IMG/VR virus record: IMGVR_UViG_3300011962_000024 | Location: 1-64,000 of that record | Source of the DNA: a virus | Taxonomy: Duplodnaviria > Caudoviricetes | Direction: 5' to 3' (one strand) | Length of the DNA: 64,000 bases | In this document: positions 18,871 to 28,302 of the stretch, piece by piece | How positions within the stretch are numbered: position 1 is the stretch's first letter | Layout: each line of letters starts with the position of its first letter | Translations under genes and position numbers: made by a program | Notes under the pieces: generated by a model | Seen by the model: the letters and a program-made list of their open reading frames with translations, nothing else | Databases searched by the model: none | Told to the model about the DNA's origin: nothing

Positions 18871-18928
18871 ATACCGTCATCCTTGGTAGGTCAGATGCCC
18901 ATCAACGCTTCGATGAGGCTATCGAAAC

Positions 18929-19177
18929 TTAACCGAGATCTCGCTGCGCTATCCTGCCCCGGATCCACTCTTGAACTTCGCTTTCAACCCAGCCAACACT
19001 CCGACCAACCAGGGGAACTGGTTTTGGGAATCCCCCCTCACCAGTGAGCTCTTTACGCCCAATACCAGGCGTTGCATGAGGTGCTAACTGACTCCAGCCG
19101 ACTGCCGCCACTTCACGCTCGCGAAAGGCATCGTAAAGGCTTCCAGATTCGCCACGCACCATCCACATTCGACTCAT
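18929..19177 (-). pseudogene. Chimeric remnant: mrr-like restriction endonuclease N-terminus fused to an AlpA C-terminus
   Basis: MSRMWMVRGESGSLYDAFREREVAAVGW (Mrr-like N-terminus) followed by GGFPKPVPLVGRSVGWVESEVQEWI (AlpA tail). Confidence 0.7.
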
Positions 19178-19200
19178 GTCTTCTCCTGCGGAATAAAAAA

Positions 19201-20673
19201 TCAGTCAACCACTTCTGATCTAGGCAGACTCAAAGATACCTCTCGAAAAGCAAGCAGTGCCGCTTCGAGATGCTCAATGATCTCCTGCTGGAGAACATCC
19301 GGTGGCGGCAGATCTTCAAGGTTGTCCAGGCTGTCGTCCTTGAGCCAAAAGATGTCGAGACTGGCCTTGTCGCGCGCCATTAGTTCTTCGTAGCTGAAGA
19401 ACTTGAACCGATCAGTAGCCACTCGCTCGTGACGATTTTCCGGGTTGTAGCAGGTGATGAAATCCTGCAAATCGTCCAGCTTGAGCGGGCGCGTCTTCAG
19501 AGTGAAGTGCTTATTGGTGCGCAAATCGTAGAACCAGATGCCCTTGGTGTGTGTCTGCCCATCCTTGGGCTTGGCGTCGAAAAACACCACATTGGCCTTC
19601 ACGCCCTGGGCGTAGAAGATGCCGGTGGGCAGGCGCAAAATTGTGTGTACATCGCAGTTCAGCAGAAGCTTGCGCCGAATTTTTTCGCCTGCCCCGCCTT
19701 CAAACAGAACGTTATCTGGCAACACCACTGCCGCTTTACCGTCCACCTTAAGCATGCTGACGATATGTTGCAGAAAGTTGAGCTGCTTGTTCGACGTGGT
19801 TTCCCAGAAATCCTGCCGCTCGTAAGTCAGCGCTTCCTTATCTTCATCGCCCTCTTCATTGGTGATGGTCATGCTGCTCTTCTTGCCGAAGGGCGGGTTG
19901 GCCAGCACGTAATCCACCTTGCGTTTGGGCTCGGAGATCAGGGCATCAGAACGCTCAACAGAAGGCTCCCCGTACAGTTCACCAATGTTGTGCAGGAACA
20001 GGTTCATCAAGCACATGCGGCGAGTGTTCGATACGATTTCATTGCCGTGGAAAGTCTGGTCACGCAGAAATTCTTTCTGGCGTTTGTCCAGCTTGGCACC
20101 CGGGCGCGTCAGCCAGTTGTACGCGCCCAGGAAAAAGCCGCCGGTGCCGCAGGCCGGGTCGGCAATAGTTTTCATCGGTTCGGGCCGCACGCAGGCAACC
20201 ATGGCATCAATCAGCACGCGTGGCGTGAAATACTGGCCAGCACCGCTCTTGGTGTCTTCGGCGTTCTTCTGCAACAGACCTTCGTACAGATCACCCTTGG
20301 TATCGGCATCCAGGCTGATCCAGCTTTCGGCATCAATTAATTGCACAAGGCGGGAGAGTTTTGCCGGGTCCTGAATTTTATTTTGTGCCTTGAAGAAGAT
20401 GGCGCCTAGCATACCCGGCTCGTTGCCCAGCTTGTGCAGTGTGGCCAGGTAATGAGCCTCCAGCGGCTCGCCGACCTTGGAAGTCAGGCTCGCCCAGTCA
20501 TAGCCCTTGGGGATGTGGGTGTCCCGGTTGTAAGGCTCCTGCGCATATTCATGCGCCAGCTTTAAAAACAGCAGGTAGGTGAGTTGTTCAAGGTAGTCTC
20601 CGTAGCCCACGCCGTCGTCGCGCAGGGTGTTACAGAAGTTCCAGACTTTCTGGACAAGGGTACTTGTGTTCAT
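19201..20673 (-). CDS. hsdM: Type I R-M methyltransferase subunit M
   Basis: GAGQYFTPR, DPACGTGGF, ANPPFG, LRLPTGIFY. Confidence 0.95.
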   Translation of the reverse strand: MNTSTLVQKVWNFCNTLRDDGVGYGDYLEQLTYLLFLKLAHEYAQEPYNRDTHIPKGYDWASLTSKVGEPLEAHYLATLHKLGNEPGMLGAIFFKAQNKIQDPAKLSRLVQLIDAESWISLDADTKGDLYEGLLQKNAEDTKSGAGQYFTPRVLIDAMVACVRPEPMKTIADPACGTGGFFLGAYNWLTRPGAKLDKRQKEFLRDQTFHGNEIVSNTRRMCLMNLFLHNIGELYGEPSVERSDALISEPKRKVDYVLANPPFGKKSSMTITNEEGDEDKEALTYERQDFWETTSNKQLNFLQHIVSMLKVDGKAAVVLPDNVLFEGGAGEKIRRKLLLNCDVHTILRLPTGIFYAQGVKANVVFFDAKPKDGQTHTKGIWFYDLRTNKHFTLKTRPLKLDDLQDFITCYNPENRHERVATDRFKFFSYEELMARDKASLDIFWLKDDSLDNLEDLPPPDVLQQEIIEHLEAALLAFREVSLSLPRSEVVD

Positions 20674-20674
20674 C

Positions 20675-21487
20675 TCAGGCCTCTAAGAGCTCTTGTATCC
20701 ACGGATGGGCTTCGCTTCGCTGCCCCCGCAGAAGAAAATGCATATCGCCGCTATAAGGTGAATCACGGTCAATTGCGCGCCGCAGTCGCGCTGCTACCGC
20801 CTTGAAGTCGCCCACACGATTTGGATCGTGTGTGGCCAGATCAAACAAGCGTTTCCCTTCATCCACGTCCGCCATCAACTGAACTGCCGCTGTGTGGCGT
20901 CGCTTGCATGTCGGCTCGTAGTGCAAGTGATAGATCTCGATGGACTCTTCAGCCCGCCGCCGGGAGGTAGGATCAGTACTGGTCGCGCACGGTTGACCGT
21001 TCTCTTGATGACAGCCGAGTAGGCGCCAGTCGGATATTTCACAAGGGTCGAGCAGCATTGGCTGCTCCGCCGCCACTGGCCCGGCCGCGTAAACACGCTG
21101 GGCTTCATTGACCAAAGGAAAACGATCCGCCTTGCCGCCCGCGGTGCCTCCCTCCTGATCTTTGCGCCGGCTGTTGCAGTAGGTACAGGCATAGCGAAAG
21201 TTACTTTCGTCAAAGGTCAGCCAACGGTAGCCAGCGTGCGGGTTGGCCGCATCGCTGACACAGTTCTTTGGCCGAAAGTGATCAACGGCGTTGTCCGACC
21301 GATCCACGTGTGTTTCGCAGTACCAGCATTTGTCATGTAAAAGGCTGGCTAGCCCATCTTTGAGTTCGCGCCAGACAACACCGTGGTCATTCGGGTCAGC
21401 GCCGTTTGCAACAGCCTGCGATGCCGTTTGTGCACGCTGGTTCCAGCCCGTAGGTTTGACCAGCTTTGAGCGGTCAACGTACCTCAT
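20675..21487 (-). CDS. HNH endonuclease (PtuB/Septu-like)
   Basis: KCWYCE...VDHFRPK...GYRWL...NFRYACTYCN, KADRFP, LLDPC. Confidence 0.85.
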   Translation of the reverse strand: MRYVDRSKLVKPTGWNQRAQTASQAVANGADPNDHGVVWRELKDGLASLLHDKCWYCETHVDRSDNAVDHFRPKNCVSDAANPHAGYRWLTFDESNFRYACTYCNSRRKDQEGGTAGGKADRFPLVNEAQRVYAAGPVAAEQPMLLDPCEISDWRLLGCHQENGQPCATSTDPTSRRRAEESIEIYHLHYEPTCKRRHTAAVQLMADVDEGKRLFDLATHDPNRVGDFKAVAARLRRAIDRDSPYSGDMHFLLRGQRSEAHPWIQELLEA

Positions 21488-23232
21488 GGAGCATCCTCTT
21501 TAGAGGCCTCGGGCTTATCAGCCAATAGTTCGGCAATCAAACGCTTGGCCAATGCCTCTCGCTCAGCGCGCGGCATCTGCACCACTTTCTTCGCCAAGGC
21601 CACAGGCTGCTCGGTTTCAAACTGCTGAACAAGCAGCGCATTCCGCAAACGTAGGTAACGCGAATACTCGTCGTCCGGATGGAAAAAACGGAATCCAAGG
21701 CGGTCTAGCTGCGCGTTGATGCGATCCAGATCTTGCTGCTCTTGGTCTGCCAGGGTCTCCTTGGCAGCAAAAGCACGCTGAGCCTCCAACAGTTCTTGTG
21801 TTGGCAGATCAAGGGAAGACGCAATGCCAAACATGTCGCTGGTGACAATGGCTGCATAGCCCATTCCGCGCGGCGCCATTTCCGGATAACACGCCACAAT
21901 CTGACGCTGTCCATCCTTCTTGGTCATCCGCAGAATCTGCACCTGTTCGCGATCCAGTTCTGCAATGGCCAGCGGGTTATGAGTGGTGAGCAGGATATGG
22001 CTGGTTTCTTCCTGCTTTGTGCCGCTGGCGATGAACTGCTTCAAGTACGAAATGTAGTCAACACTCCACCTTGGATTCAAATGCGTGTCCGGCTCATCCA
22101 GCAAAAAAAGGCTTTCATCCTCGGCGGTAAAGCGCAGCAGGCCCAACACGGTCAGCAATTGCTGCTCACCCTCGCTCAGTTCTCGGAACGTAACGCTGCC
22201 ATCGTTTTTCTTCAGGCGCACACGGATGCGCACCTCCTCGATCAACTCTGAAACGTAGGTGCTCTCCAAGTCTCGGAAAAATTGTGCCGGCTGCTGCTCC
22301 CCAACCAGGCGCCGAAGGGCCCCAATATCCTTGACGTACAAATACTGGAACTCTGTTGTCTCCTTGTTCCAAAGCGTAACTTGCTTGTCCCGCCTTACCC
22401 TGATAGGGGCTAAAGAAATGCTTTGCAGGCGATCGAGGAATGTCTGAACAACTCCTTTTGCCCCCCAAAACCTTTCGTCACCAGCGCCATCAACCTTCTT
22501 ATTCCCGCGTCGCTTGCTCCAACCAGGCTGTTTCAAAACAAAGAGAACTGACTCGACCCCTTCGTCAGGATCAATGCCCATATTGTTCTCCAGAAGCTCT
22601 CGAACTTCTGGAGACTGCTTAATCATGAAGGCCAGCAACACGAATTGGCTGTGGACAGGCATTGCATAGAACAGTCGCTTCAATCCGGGGTCTTCACCGT
22701 TGCGCAGCTTACTGTCGTAGTTCTCGAGGTAAGGCCGAAATACCTCGTGCATGCGCGGGCTCTCGCCCGAGTAGTAGCTAAACACGTAGCGTGGCAGGTA
22801 CTCACTGTCCGCATTCAAGAAAGCCGTGAGTTTGATGGCATTGCCACGCAAGGCCGACAACGGCTGCTCGATGTCGATGATTGGGATCAGAATGCCTTCA
22901 CCACGGGCTTGCGCATCCGTCGCAACGTGAATGGTGAAAGGCTCTTTCTCACGATCCGGATCGGCATCAATGTGAATGTGCCGCAGATTCTCGCCCGCCC
23001 CCATGCGATAGGCCAGTTGGAAGGCGAAACCGGGAGTGCGCTTCTTGGCGATCAGGTCGCGGAAGATAATGGCTAACGCTTCCAACACGTTGGACTTGCC
23101 GGTGCCGTTCCAGCCGATTACCACTGTCACCCAGTGATCCTGATCGAAGTCGATGGTGACGTTTTTCAGGTTCTTGAATTGGTGCGTTGGGCTGTCCTTG
23201 ACGCTGCCAATGGTGAGTTTGTCCAAGCGCAT
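21484..23232 (-). CDS. ABC-type (AAA_21-like) ATPase, PtuA/Septu-like, restriction-system associated
   Basis: Walker A GWNGTGKS, signature LSEGE, Walker B LLDEPD, H-loop TTHNP. Confidence 0.88.
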   Translation of the reverse strand: MRLDKLTIGSVKDSPTHQFKNLKNVTIDFDQDHWVTVVIGWNGTGKSNVLEALAIIFRDLIAKKRTPGFAFQLAYRMGAGENLRHIHIDADPDREKEPFTIHVATDAQARGEGILIPIIDIEQPLSALRGNAIKLTAFLNADSEYLPRYVFSYYSGESPRMHEVFRPYLENYDSKLRNGEDPGLKRLFYAMPVHSQFVLLAFMIKQSPEVRELLENNMGIDPDEGVESVLFVLKQPGWSKRRGNKKVDGAGDERFWGAKGVVQTFLDRLQSISLAPIRVRRDKQVTLWNKETTEFQYLYVKDIGALRRLVGEQQPAQFFRDLESTYVSELIEEVRIRVRLKKNDGSVTFRELSEGEQQLLTVLGLLRFTAEDESLFLLDEPDTHLNPRWSVDYISYLKQFIASGTKQEETSHILLTTHNPLAIAELDREQVQILRMTKKDGQRQIVACYPEMAPRGMGYAAIVTSDMFGIASSLDLPTQELLEAQRAFAAKETLADQEQQDLDRINAQLDRLGFRFFHPDDEYSRYLRLRNALLVQQFETEQPVALAKKVVQMPRAEREALAKRLIAELLADKPEASKEDAP

Positions 23233-23234
23233 AC

Positions 23235-25061
23235 TCAGGCCGCCAACAGTTTCAACTTGTCATACAGCTTGCGGCCCTGCGCATCGGTCACAGCCTCCAC
23301 TGCAAGCCGGCCTGCCTTGTCGAGCTTGCGCAGCTCGGCATACAGCTCTTCAATACGTTCGGTCAGCGCACCGTCGGCTACACCACAGCGGCGGAAGGCT
23401 TCTTGCGCCGGTACCCAGCCGCCCGCCTCGGCAAGCACGTCGATCAATCGGCTCACCACGGTGGCGATCTCCTTTCCTTGTTTGGTTTTACGCGGTTTGG
23501 GCTGCTTGGCGCGTTCCGCCCTCTCGGCACGAATGCGCTCCAGCAGTGCACTGGCCGGGGCGTCGTTCGGGTCTTGAGGCACCAGTTGCCCAGCGAAGGC
23601 GGCGCGAAGAATGTTTTGGCGTTGGGCGGTGGATTGTTTGAGAGCAAGATCAATGGCTTTCAATTGCGCTGCCGCTTCGCTCTCTGCTTCACTCAACAGT
23701 TGAATAGCTGAGACTTGTTCGTCCATTGGTGGCACAGGGACCGCGAGATTAATAAATCTTCCAAGGCTAACCTTTTTCTGTGCAACACCTTGTGTCATTG
23801 GCCTGATCTGGCTCTTACCAATTTCAGAGTTAATAGCAGCCTTTAAGAACCCGGCAATCATCAAGTTTGGTTCACAACGAATCTTTATACAGTCGGCGGT
23901 AATTACAGCTGGCGGCTGATTTTCAGGATATACATCCGCGTCACCAGGTGGCTCACCCATTTTAGTTACCAAAACATCACCAGACTGGATGCGATGAGCA
24001 TTCAATTCCTCGGCTTTTTCCGGCGTCACGTACTTTGTGTATTCGCCTCCGTAGTTACCACTTCGAATATTCCGCACAAATACAAGTGGGACGCCCGAGT
24101 CACGATAATCAGGAACCTTAAGATTACTGCCAAAGGGGCCAATGGCGAGGCTGTATCTTTCATCTGAGGAAATCTGCGCCACACTCGCCCACGCCCACCC
24201 TTCCGGCAGTTCGGGCAAATCGGTGGTGTCAGGCAGCACCGGCTCGGGGTATTTCTTCTGCCAGTCCTTGGGCGGTGTTTTGCCTTGCCCCTTGAACCGG
24301 GCGAGCTGCCTGGCCTCCCAGCGGACGCGGCGCTCGATAAGGATGCGCGCCAGCAGTTGAGCGCCGGTTTCGGATGGCGGGTTTTTGATCCGCCATTCGG
24401 CAGTAAGCGCTCCCTCCACGGCGGATTTCAGCAGCGATTGCCGGTATTGCTCCAGCTTATTCTGCGCGGCCTTTAGTTCTGCCACTCCGGCATCAAGGTC
24501 AGAAAGCAGCTCTTCGAGCTTGGCGACGATACGGGTTTGTTCCGTAGCGGGGGGGAGGAGGAATGGGATGGTTTTAGCCAGATTCTTTGAAGAAATGCTG
24601 GCTTGATTCACGTGGTTGGTACAACGATGCTTCATGTACCCTGCCATCCACAGAAAATGCAATTGCCGGGCGACAAAGACGGAGTTCACCCCATCCTCAG
24701 GGCGAATGCGGGTCATGTGATTAGAGAAGGCAAAGCCGCCTTCACGAGCAGAAACTACCGCAGTCTTGCCAACTAACTCGGCAGAGTTTGTATTGTTGAA
24801 TAAGACGTCACCCTGGCGAAGTTCAATGCCATGGCTCTCGGCCACTGACTTGACAACTTTCAGATCGATCTGACCATCACGGTCGACATTCATAGGTCGA
24901 AGGTGTGGTACTCCGGCACCAGCGGAGTTGTGTTTTCCGCTGGCAAAGCCAGGACTCACATCCGCTGATACTTCTTCCAGAGACACAAGACTCCAACTCA
25001 ATGGCAGAGTGATATTGGCAAAGGGATAGCTCTGCATTGCGACGTCGCTAAACTCACTCAC
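23235..25061 (-). CDS. hsdS: Type I R-M specificity subunit S with a C-terminal extension
   Basis: Two TRDs with PP..EQ..I helical spacers, AFAGQLVPQDPND. About 80 extra residues at the C-terminus. GTG start overlaps the hsdR stop. Confidence 0.92.
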   Translation of the reverse strand: MSEFSDVAMQSYPFANITLPLSWSLVSLEEVSADVSPGFASGKHNSAGAGVPHLRPMNVDRDGQIDLKVVKSVAESHGIELRQGDVLFNNTNSAELVGKTAVVSAREGGFAFSNHMTRIRPEDGVNSVFVARQLHFLWMAGYMKHRCTNHVNQASISSKNLAKTIPFLLPPATEQTRIVAKLEELLSDLDAGVAELKAAQNKLEQYRQSLLKSAVEGALTAEWRIKNPPSETGAQLLARILIERRVRWEARQLARFKGQGKTPPKDWQKKYPEPVLPDTTDLPELPEGWAWASVAQISSDERYSLAIGPFGSNLKVPDYRDSGVPLVFVRNIRSGNYGGEYTKYVTPEKAEELNAHRIQSGDVLVTKMGEPPGDADVYPENQPPAVITADCIKIRCEPNLMIAGFLKAAINSEIGKSQIRPMTQGVAQKKVSLGRFINLAVPVPPMDEQVSAIQLLSEAESEAAAQLKAIDLALKQSTAQRQNILRAAFAGQLVPQDPNDAPASALLERIRAERAERAKQPKPRKTKQGKEIATVVSRLIDVLAEAGGWVPAQEAFRRCGVADGALTERIEELYAELRKLDKAGRLAVEAVTDAQGRKLYDKLKLLAA

Positions 25062-27838
25062 GCCACCAAGTCCTCATTCAATTCATTCATCAGCGTATCC
25101 AGTTCCTTGCCGAACAGGCCCCAGGCTTTCTGCAAACCACCGTTATCGGCCAGTTCGGCGTAATCAAAATCGTCGCGGCTAATGCTGCAACTGCTGGCAA
25201 TATGCTCTTTCATCAGGCGCAGCCATTCAGTCTGCTCCGGTGTGAACGCGGTGCCGCGCAGGGCATTGTGGCGGAAGATCCAAGCTTGGAAACGTTTGTC
25301 CACTTCGTCAGCAAAGGGCTTGAGTTCGCCATCCAACCCCAGCGCAAAGCGCACCAAAGACACCAGGTCAGTCAACTGCCGTTTGCGGTCTACGCCTTTC
25401 ACGGCCGAGGTCTGCACCCGGGCATAGGCGCCCCAAAGTCGCTCGGTAGTGAGCATCAATGGCGGTTTGCTCAGGTGTGCGTGGAGGTCTTCCAGCATGT
25501 CAAAGGTAAGCGCACGGCGTTGGTAGGGCTGTTGGTAGAAAAAGCCCAGCGCGGCGATTTCATCCTTGTGCTGAGCGATGTAGTCGGCAAAGGTCTGAAT
25601 CACCGCCTTGGCCTGCGTTTCGGCCTGCTCACTGAACCCGCTGAAGGTGACCTGATCGAGGTTGATGTGGTCGATGAGCTGCTCGCGCTCGCGGCGGGCG
25701 CTTTCGATTTCGTCGCGCAGTTCCGGCTTGTCGAAGGGCGCGCAGGCAGCAGCAACGCGCTCAGCTCGGGCGGCTTCAATCTCTTCGAGCAGCAAGGTGT
25801 CCTCAGAGCGCGTGATGCCTTTGGCCTCGGCCGTGACTAGCGCAGCTTGCACGATAGCGTCCGGGTCCAGCGCAGCGATCAGACCTTTGCCGAGTTCACC
25901 TATTGAAATGCCACCGCTGACCTTCTCGATGCGCGCCTGTGCTTTGTCGTCCAGCTGCTTGGCCAGTCGCACAAGTCGGTTGGCGAGCGAGAGCACGGTG
26001 TCGTCGTCGCGACTACCCATGGCCACGCCTTGCAGCAGGTTCTTGAGAGCCATGCCGGGCTTTTTCTCCAGCGGGCGGCTTTCGGTCTTGAGGCTTTTTT
26101 CCACGCCCACGGCGTCGATTAGGACGAAGCGGGTCTTGGCACCATCAGCGCTGTTGTTGACACGCTTCAGGCTTTCGCCATCGAGGCTGCGCACACCACG
26201 CCCCTTCATCTGCTCGTAGTAACCCTTGCTGCGCACGTCACGTATAAATAGCAGCACTTCAAGCGGCTTCACGTCGGTGCCGGTGGCAATCATGTCCACG
26301 GTGACGGCAATGCGTGGGTTGTAGTCGTTGCGAAAGCTGCTGAGAATGCTGTCGGCGTCTTCCTCAGCACGGTAGGTGACCTTTTTGCAGAAAGCGTTGC
26401 CCTGGCCATAGACCTCGCGCACGATGTTGATAATGTCGTCAGCGTGACTGTCGGTTTTGGCGAAAATCAAGGTCTTGGGTGTTTCTTTGCGCGCCGGGAA
26501 AATCTGCGTTTCCACCGCCGTTTTCATCGCCTGAATCACCTGGCGGATCTGGCTCACGTTGACCACCGATTTATCCAGCTCCTTGCCGGTGTAGGTGGTG
26601 TCTTCTTCGGTTTCACCCCAACGTTTTTTGCGGGTGGCGCGGTCGCGATGGTCTACCCACTCTCTGGCCTTCAGCTCCGCGCCCTTCTGGGTGATCTCGG
26701 TTTCGATCTCAAACACGTCGTAGCCTACGTTGACACCATCCGCCACGGACTGCTCGTAGGTGTACTCAGCAACGATGTTTTCGTTGAAGAAGCCGAAGGT
26801 GCGTTTGTCAGGTGTGGCGGTGAGGCCTATCAGGCTGGCATCGAAGTAATCGAGCACCTGCTTCCACAGGTTATAGATGCTGCGGTGGCATTCATCGATG
26901 ATGATGAAGTCGAAGGTTTCCACCGGTACGGCCGGGTTGTAGCGGACGAGCTTTTCCTGCTTGGCGGTTTGCTGTACTTCGTTGAGCGAAACATCCTCGG
27001 CAGTCTCATCAATCGGCTCACCACTCAGAATCGAGTACATGCGCTGGATGGTGCTGATGCACACCTGCGAATGCGGATCGATGTTGGGCGAAGCCAGCCG
27101 CTGCACGTTGTAAAGCTCGGTGAACTTGCGGCCATCATCTGGAGGCGTATAGGCCATGAATTCCTGATGCGCCTGCTTGCCGAGGTTGCGGGTGTCGACC
27201 AGGAACAGGATACGCTTGGCGCCACCGAACTTGAGTAGGCGATAGACCGAGGTGATGGCGGTGAAGGTTTTGCCCGCGCCGGTGGCCATGTGCACCAAGG
27301 CGCGAGGTTTGTTCAATGCCAGTGATTTTTCCAGCCCGGTAACGGCGCTGATCTGACAGTCGCGCAGATTTCTTTCTGGCAGCGCTGGCATTTGTTCGGC
27401 CAGACGGCGACGGAGGGTTTCAGGCTGCGCCAGCCAGGCGGCCAGCGTTTCCGGCTTGAAGAAGTGGAAAATTTCGCGCGAACGCGGCACCGGATCGGCG
27501 CCATCGGTAAAGCGGATGATCTTGCCGGTTGCTTCAAACAGGAAACGCAGCGGTGCATTGTCTTGGCGATGTTTGAGCGTGGCGTTGGCGTAGCGCTCCG
27601 TTTGGCTTTCTGTGACTGTGAGGTTTACCCCCGCGCCGTCTTTTTTAGCTTCAATTACCCCGACGGTGACCCTGTCAACAAAAAGCACGTAATCCGCAGG
27701 CCCAGAATCAGTCGGAAACTCTCGCACAGCCACGCCACGAGCCGCACCTAAATTAAGCTGCTTCACGTCCTGGATGACCCAGCCAGCTTGTTGTAGCTTC
27801 TGGTCAATCTGCTGACGTGCTTCTGATTCTGGCGTCAT
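25058..27838 (-). CDS. hsdR: Type I restriction endonuclease subunit R
   Basis: ADYVL...VIEAKK nuclease motif, MATGAGKT, DECHR, TATP, MIATGTD, QMKGRG. Confidence 0.95.
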   Translation of the reverse strand: MTPESEARQQIDQKLQQAGWVIQDVKQLNLGAARGVAVREFPTDSGPADYVLFVDRVTVGVIEAKKDGAGVNLTVTESQTERYANATLKHRQDNAPLRFLFEATGKIIRFTDGADPVPRSREIFHFFKPETLAAWLAQPETLRRRLAEQMPALPERNLRDCQISAVTGLEKSLALNKPRALVHMATGAGKTFTAITSVYRLLKFGGAKRILFLVDTRNLGKQAHQEFMAYTPPDDGRKFTELYNVQRLASPNIDPHSQVCISTIQRMYSILSGEPIDETAEDVSLNEVQQTAKQEKLVRYNPAVPVETFDFIIIDECHRSIYNLWKQVLDYFDASLIGLTATPDKRTFGFFNENIVAEYTYEQSVADGVNVGYDVFEIETEITQKGAELKAREWVDHRDRATRKKRWGETEEDTTYTGKELDKSVVNVSQIRQVIQAMKTAVETQIFPARKETPKTLIFAKTDSHADDIINIVREVYGQGNAFCKKVTYRAEEDADSILSSFRNDYNPRIAVTVDMIATGTDVKPLEVLLFIRDVRSKGYYEQMKGRGVRSLDGESLKRVNNSADGAKTRFVLIDAVGVEKSLKTESRPLEKKPGMALKNLLQGVAMGSRDDDTVLSLANRLVRLAKQLDDKAQARIEKVSGGISIGELGKGLIAALDPDAIVQAALVTAEAKGITRSEDTLLLEEIEAARAERVAAACAPFDKPELRDEIESARREREQLIDHINLDQVTFSGFSEQAETQAKAVIQTFADYIAQHKDEIAALGFFYQQPYQRRALTFDMLEDLHAHLSKPPLMLTTERLWGAYARVQTSAVKGVDRKRQLTDLVSLVRFALGLDGELKPFADEVDKRFQAWIFRHNALRGTAFTPEQTEWLRLMKEHIASSCSISRDDFDYAELADNGGLQKAWGLFGKELDTLMNELNEDLVA

Positions 27839-27927
27839 GATGCTGATCCCTGCGATTTTGGCTCCGTTGAGCTAAAACTTTGGACTTGCTGCGACTCACA
27901 TGACAGGAGTCTGAGCAAGCCAGTCTC

Positions 27928-27948
27928 AATTGGCAACCAATTGGCAAC
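27928..27948 (+). repeat. Tandem AATTGGCAAC pair, right-end integrase arm-type site
   Basis: TCTCAATTGGCAACCAATTGGCAACCAG is identical to the stretch at about 202-229. Confidence 0.7.
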
Positions 27949-27992
27949 CAGAAAGCGACTTTTTAGGGGCCCCAGAAAAATCAGCGAGCATA

Positions 27993-28028
27993 AAAAAATC
28001 CAGTCACCGCTAAGTGACTGGATTTTTT
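27993..28028. terminator. tRNA-Pro downstream intrinsic terminator, duplicated with att
   Basis: AAAAAATCCAGTCAC-CGCTAA-GTGACTGGATTTTTT. A partial copy starts at position 1. Confidence 0.85.
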
Positions 28029-28037
28029 AGGGTTTTT

Positions 28038-28082
28038 TGGTCGGGACGGAGTGATTCGAACACTCGACCCCTTGCACCCCAT
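28038..28082 (-). repeat. att site: 3' half of tRNA-Pro(GGG) at the island/prophage junction
   Basis: Reverse complement reads ATGGGGTGCAAGGGGTCGAGTGTTCGAATCACTCCGTCCCGACCA. No 5' tRNA half follows. Confidence 0.9.
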
Positions 28083-28302
28083 GTTAGACGCTTAACGCAC
28101 CTAACCCTTTGATATGAAAGAAAATCACCCACTATTCAGGCAGGCAAAATAAGCGCTTTTCTGTGGTTTTGCAAACGCTAGAATGCGGCCTCCAGCGGAG
28201 GTTTTGCGCACCCTTCTCGCCCGTTCTGGGCAAACCAATCCCCCTCAGCAACAAGACGACACCCGCCGCGGTCAACTCCTCATCGAGCAACGAGGCGCAA
28301 TC

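Larger units (their letters stand above)
34..28082. mobile_element. 28 kb integrative genomic island (CP4-57-like backbone) inserted at the tRNA-Pro(GGG) 3' end
   Basis: Direct repeat at 34-78 and 28038-28082. Integrase lies next to the left repeat. AATTGGCAAC repeats occur near both ends. Cargo includes alpA, yfjI-, yfjJ-, DUF932- and radC-like genes. Confidence 0.9.

Noticed and set aside
20675-23232. Retron (Ec78-type) interpretation of the PtuAB-like pair
   Set aside because: No reverse transcriptase ORF or msr-msd-like gap. The pair is tightly coupled to hsdS and hsdM.
28038-28082. tRNA-Pro genes at 34-78 and 28038-28082
   Set aside because: Only the anticodon loop to CCA is present. 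The D arm and 5' acceptor strand are missing, so these are att copies and not functional tRNAs.
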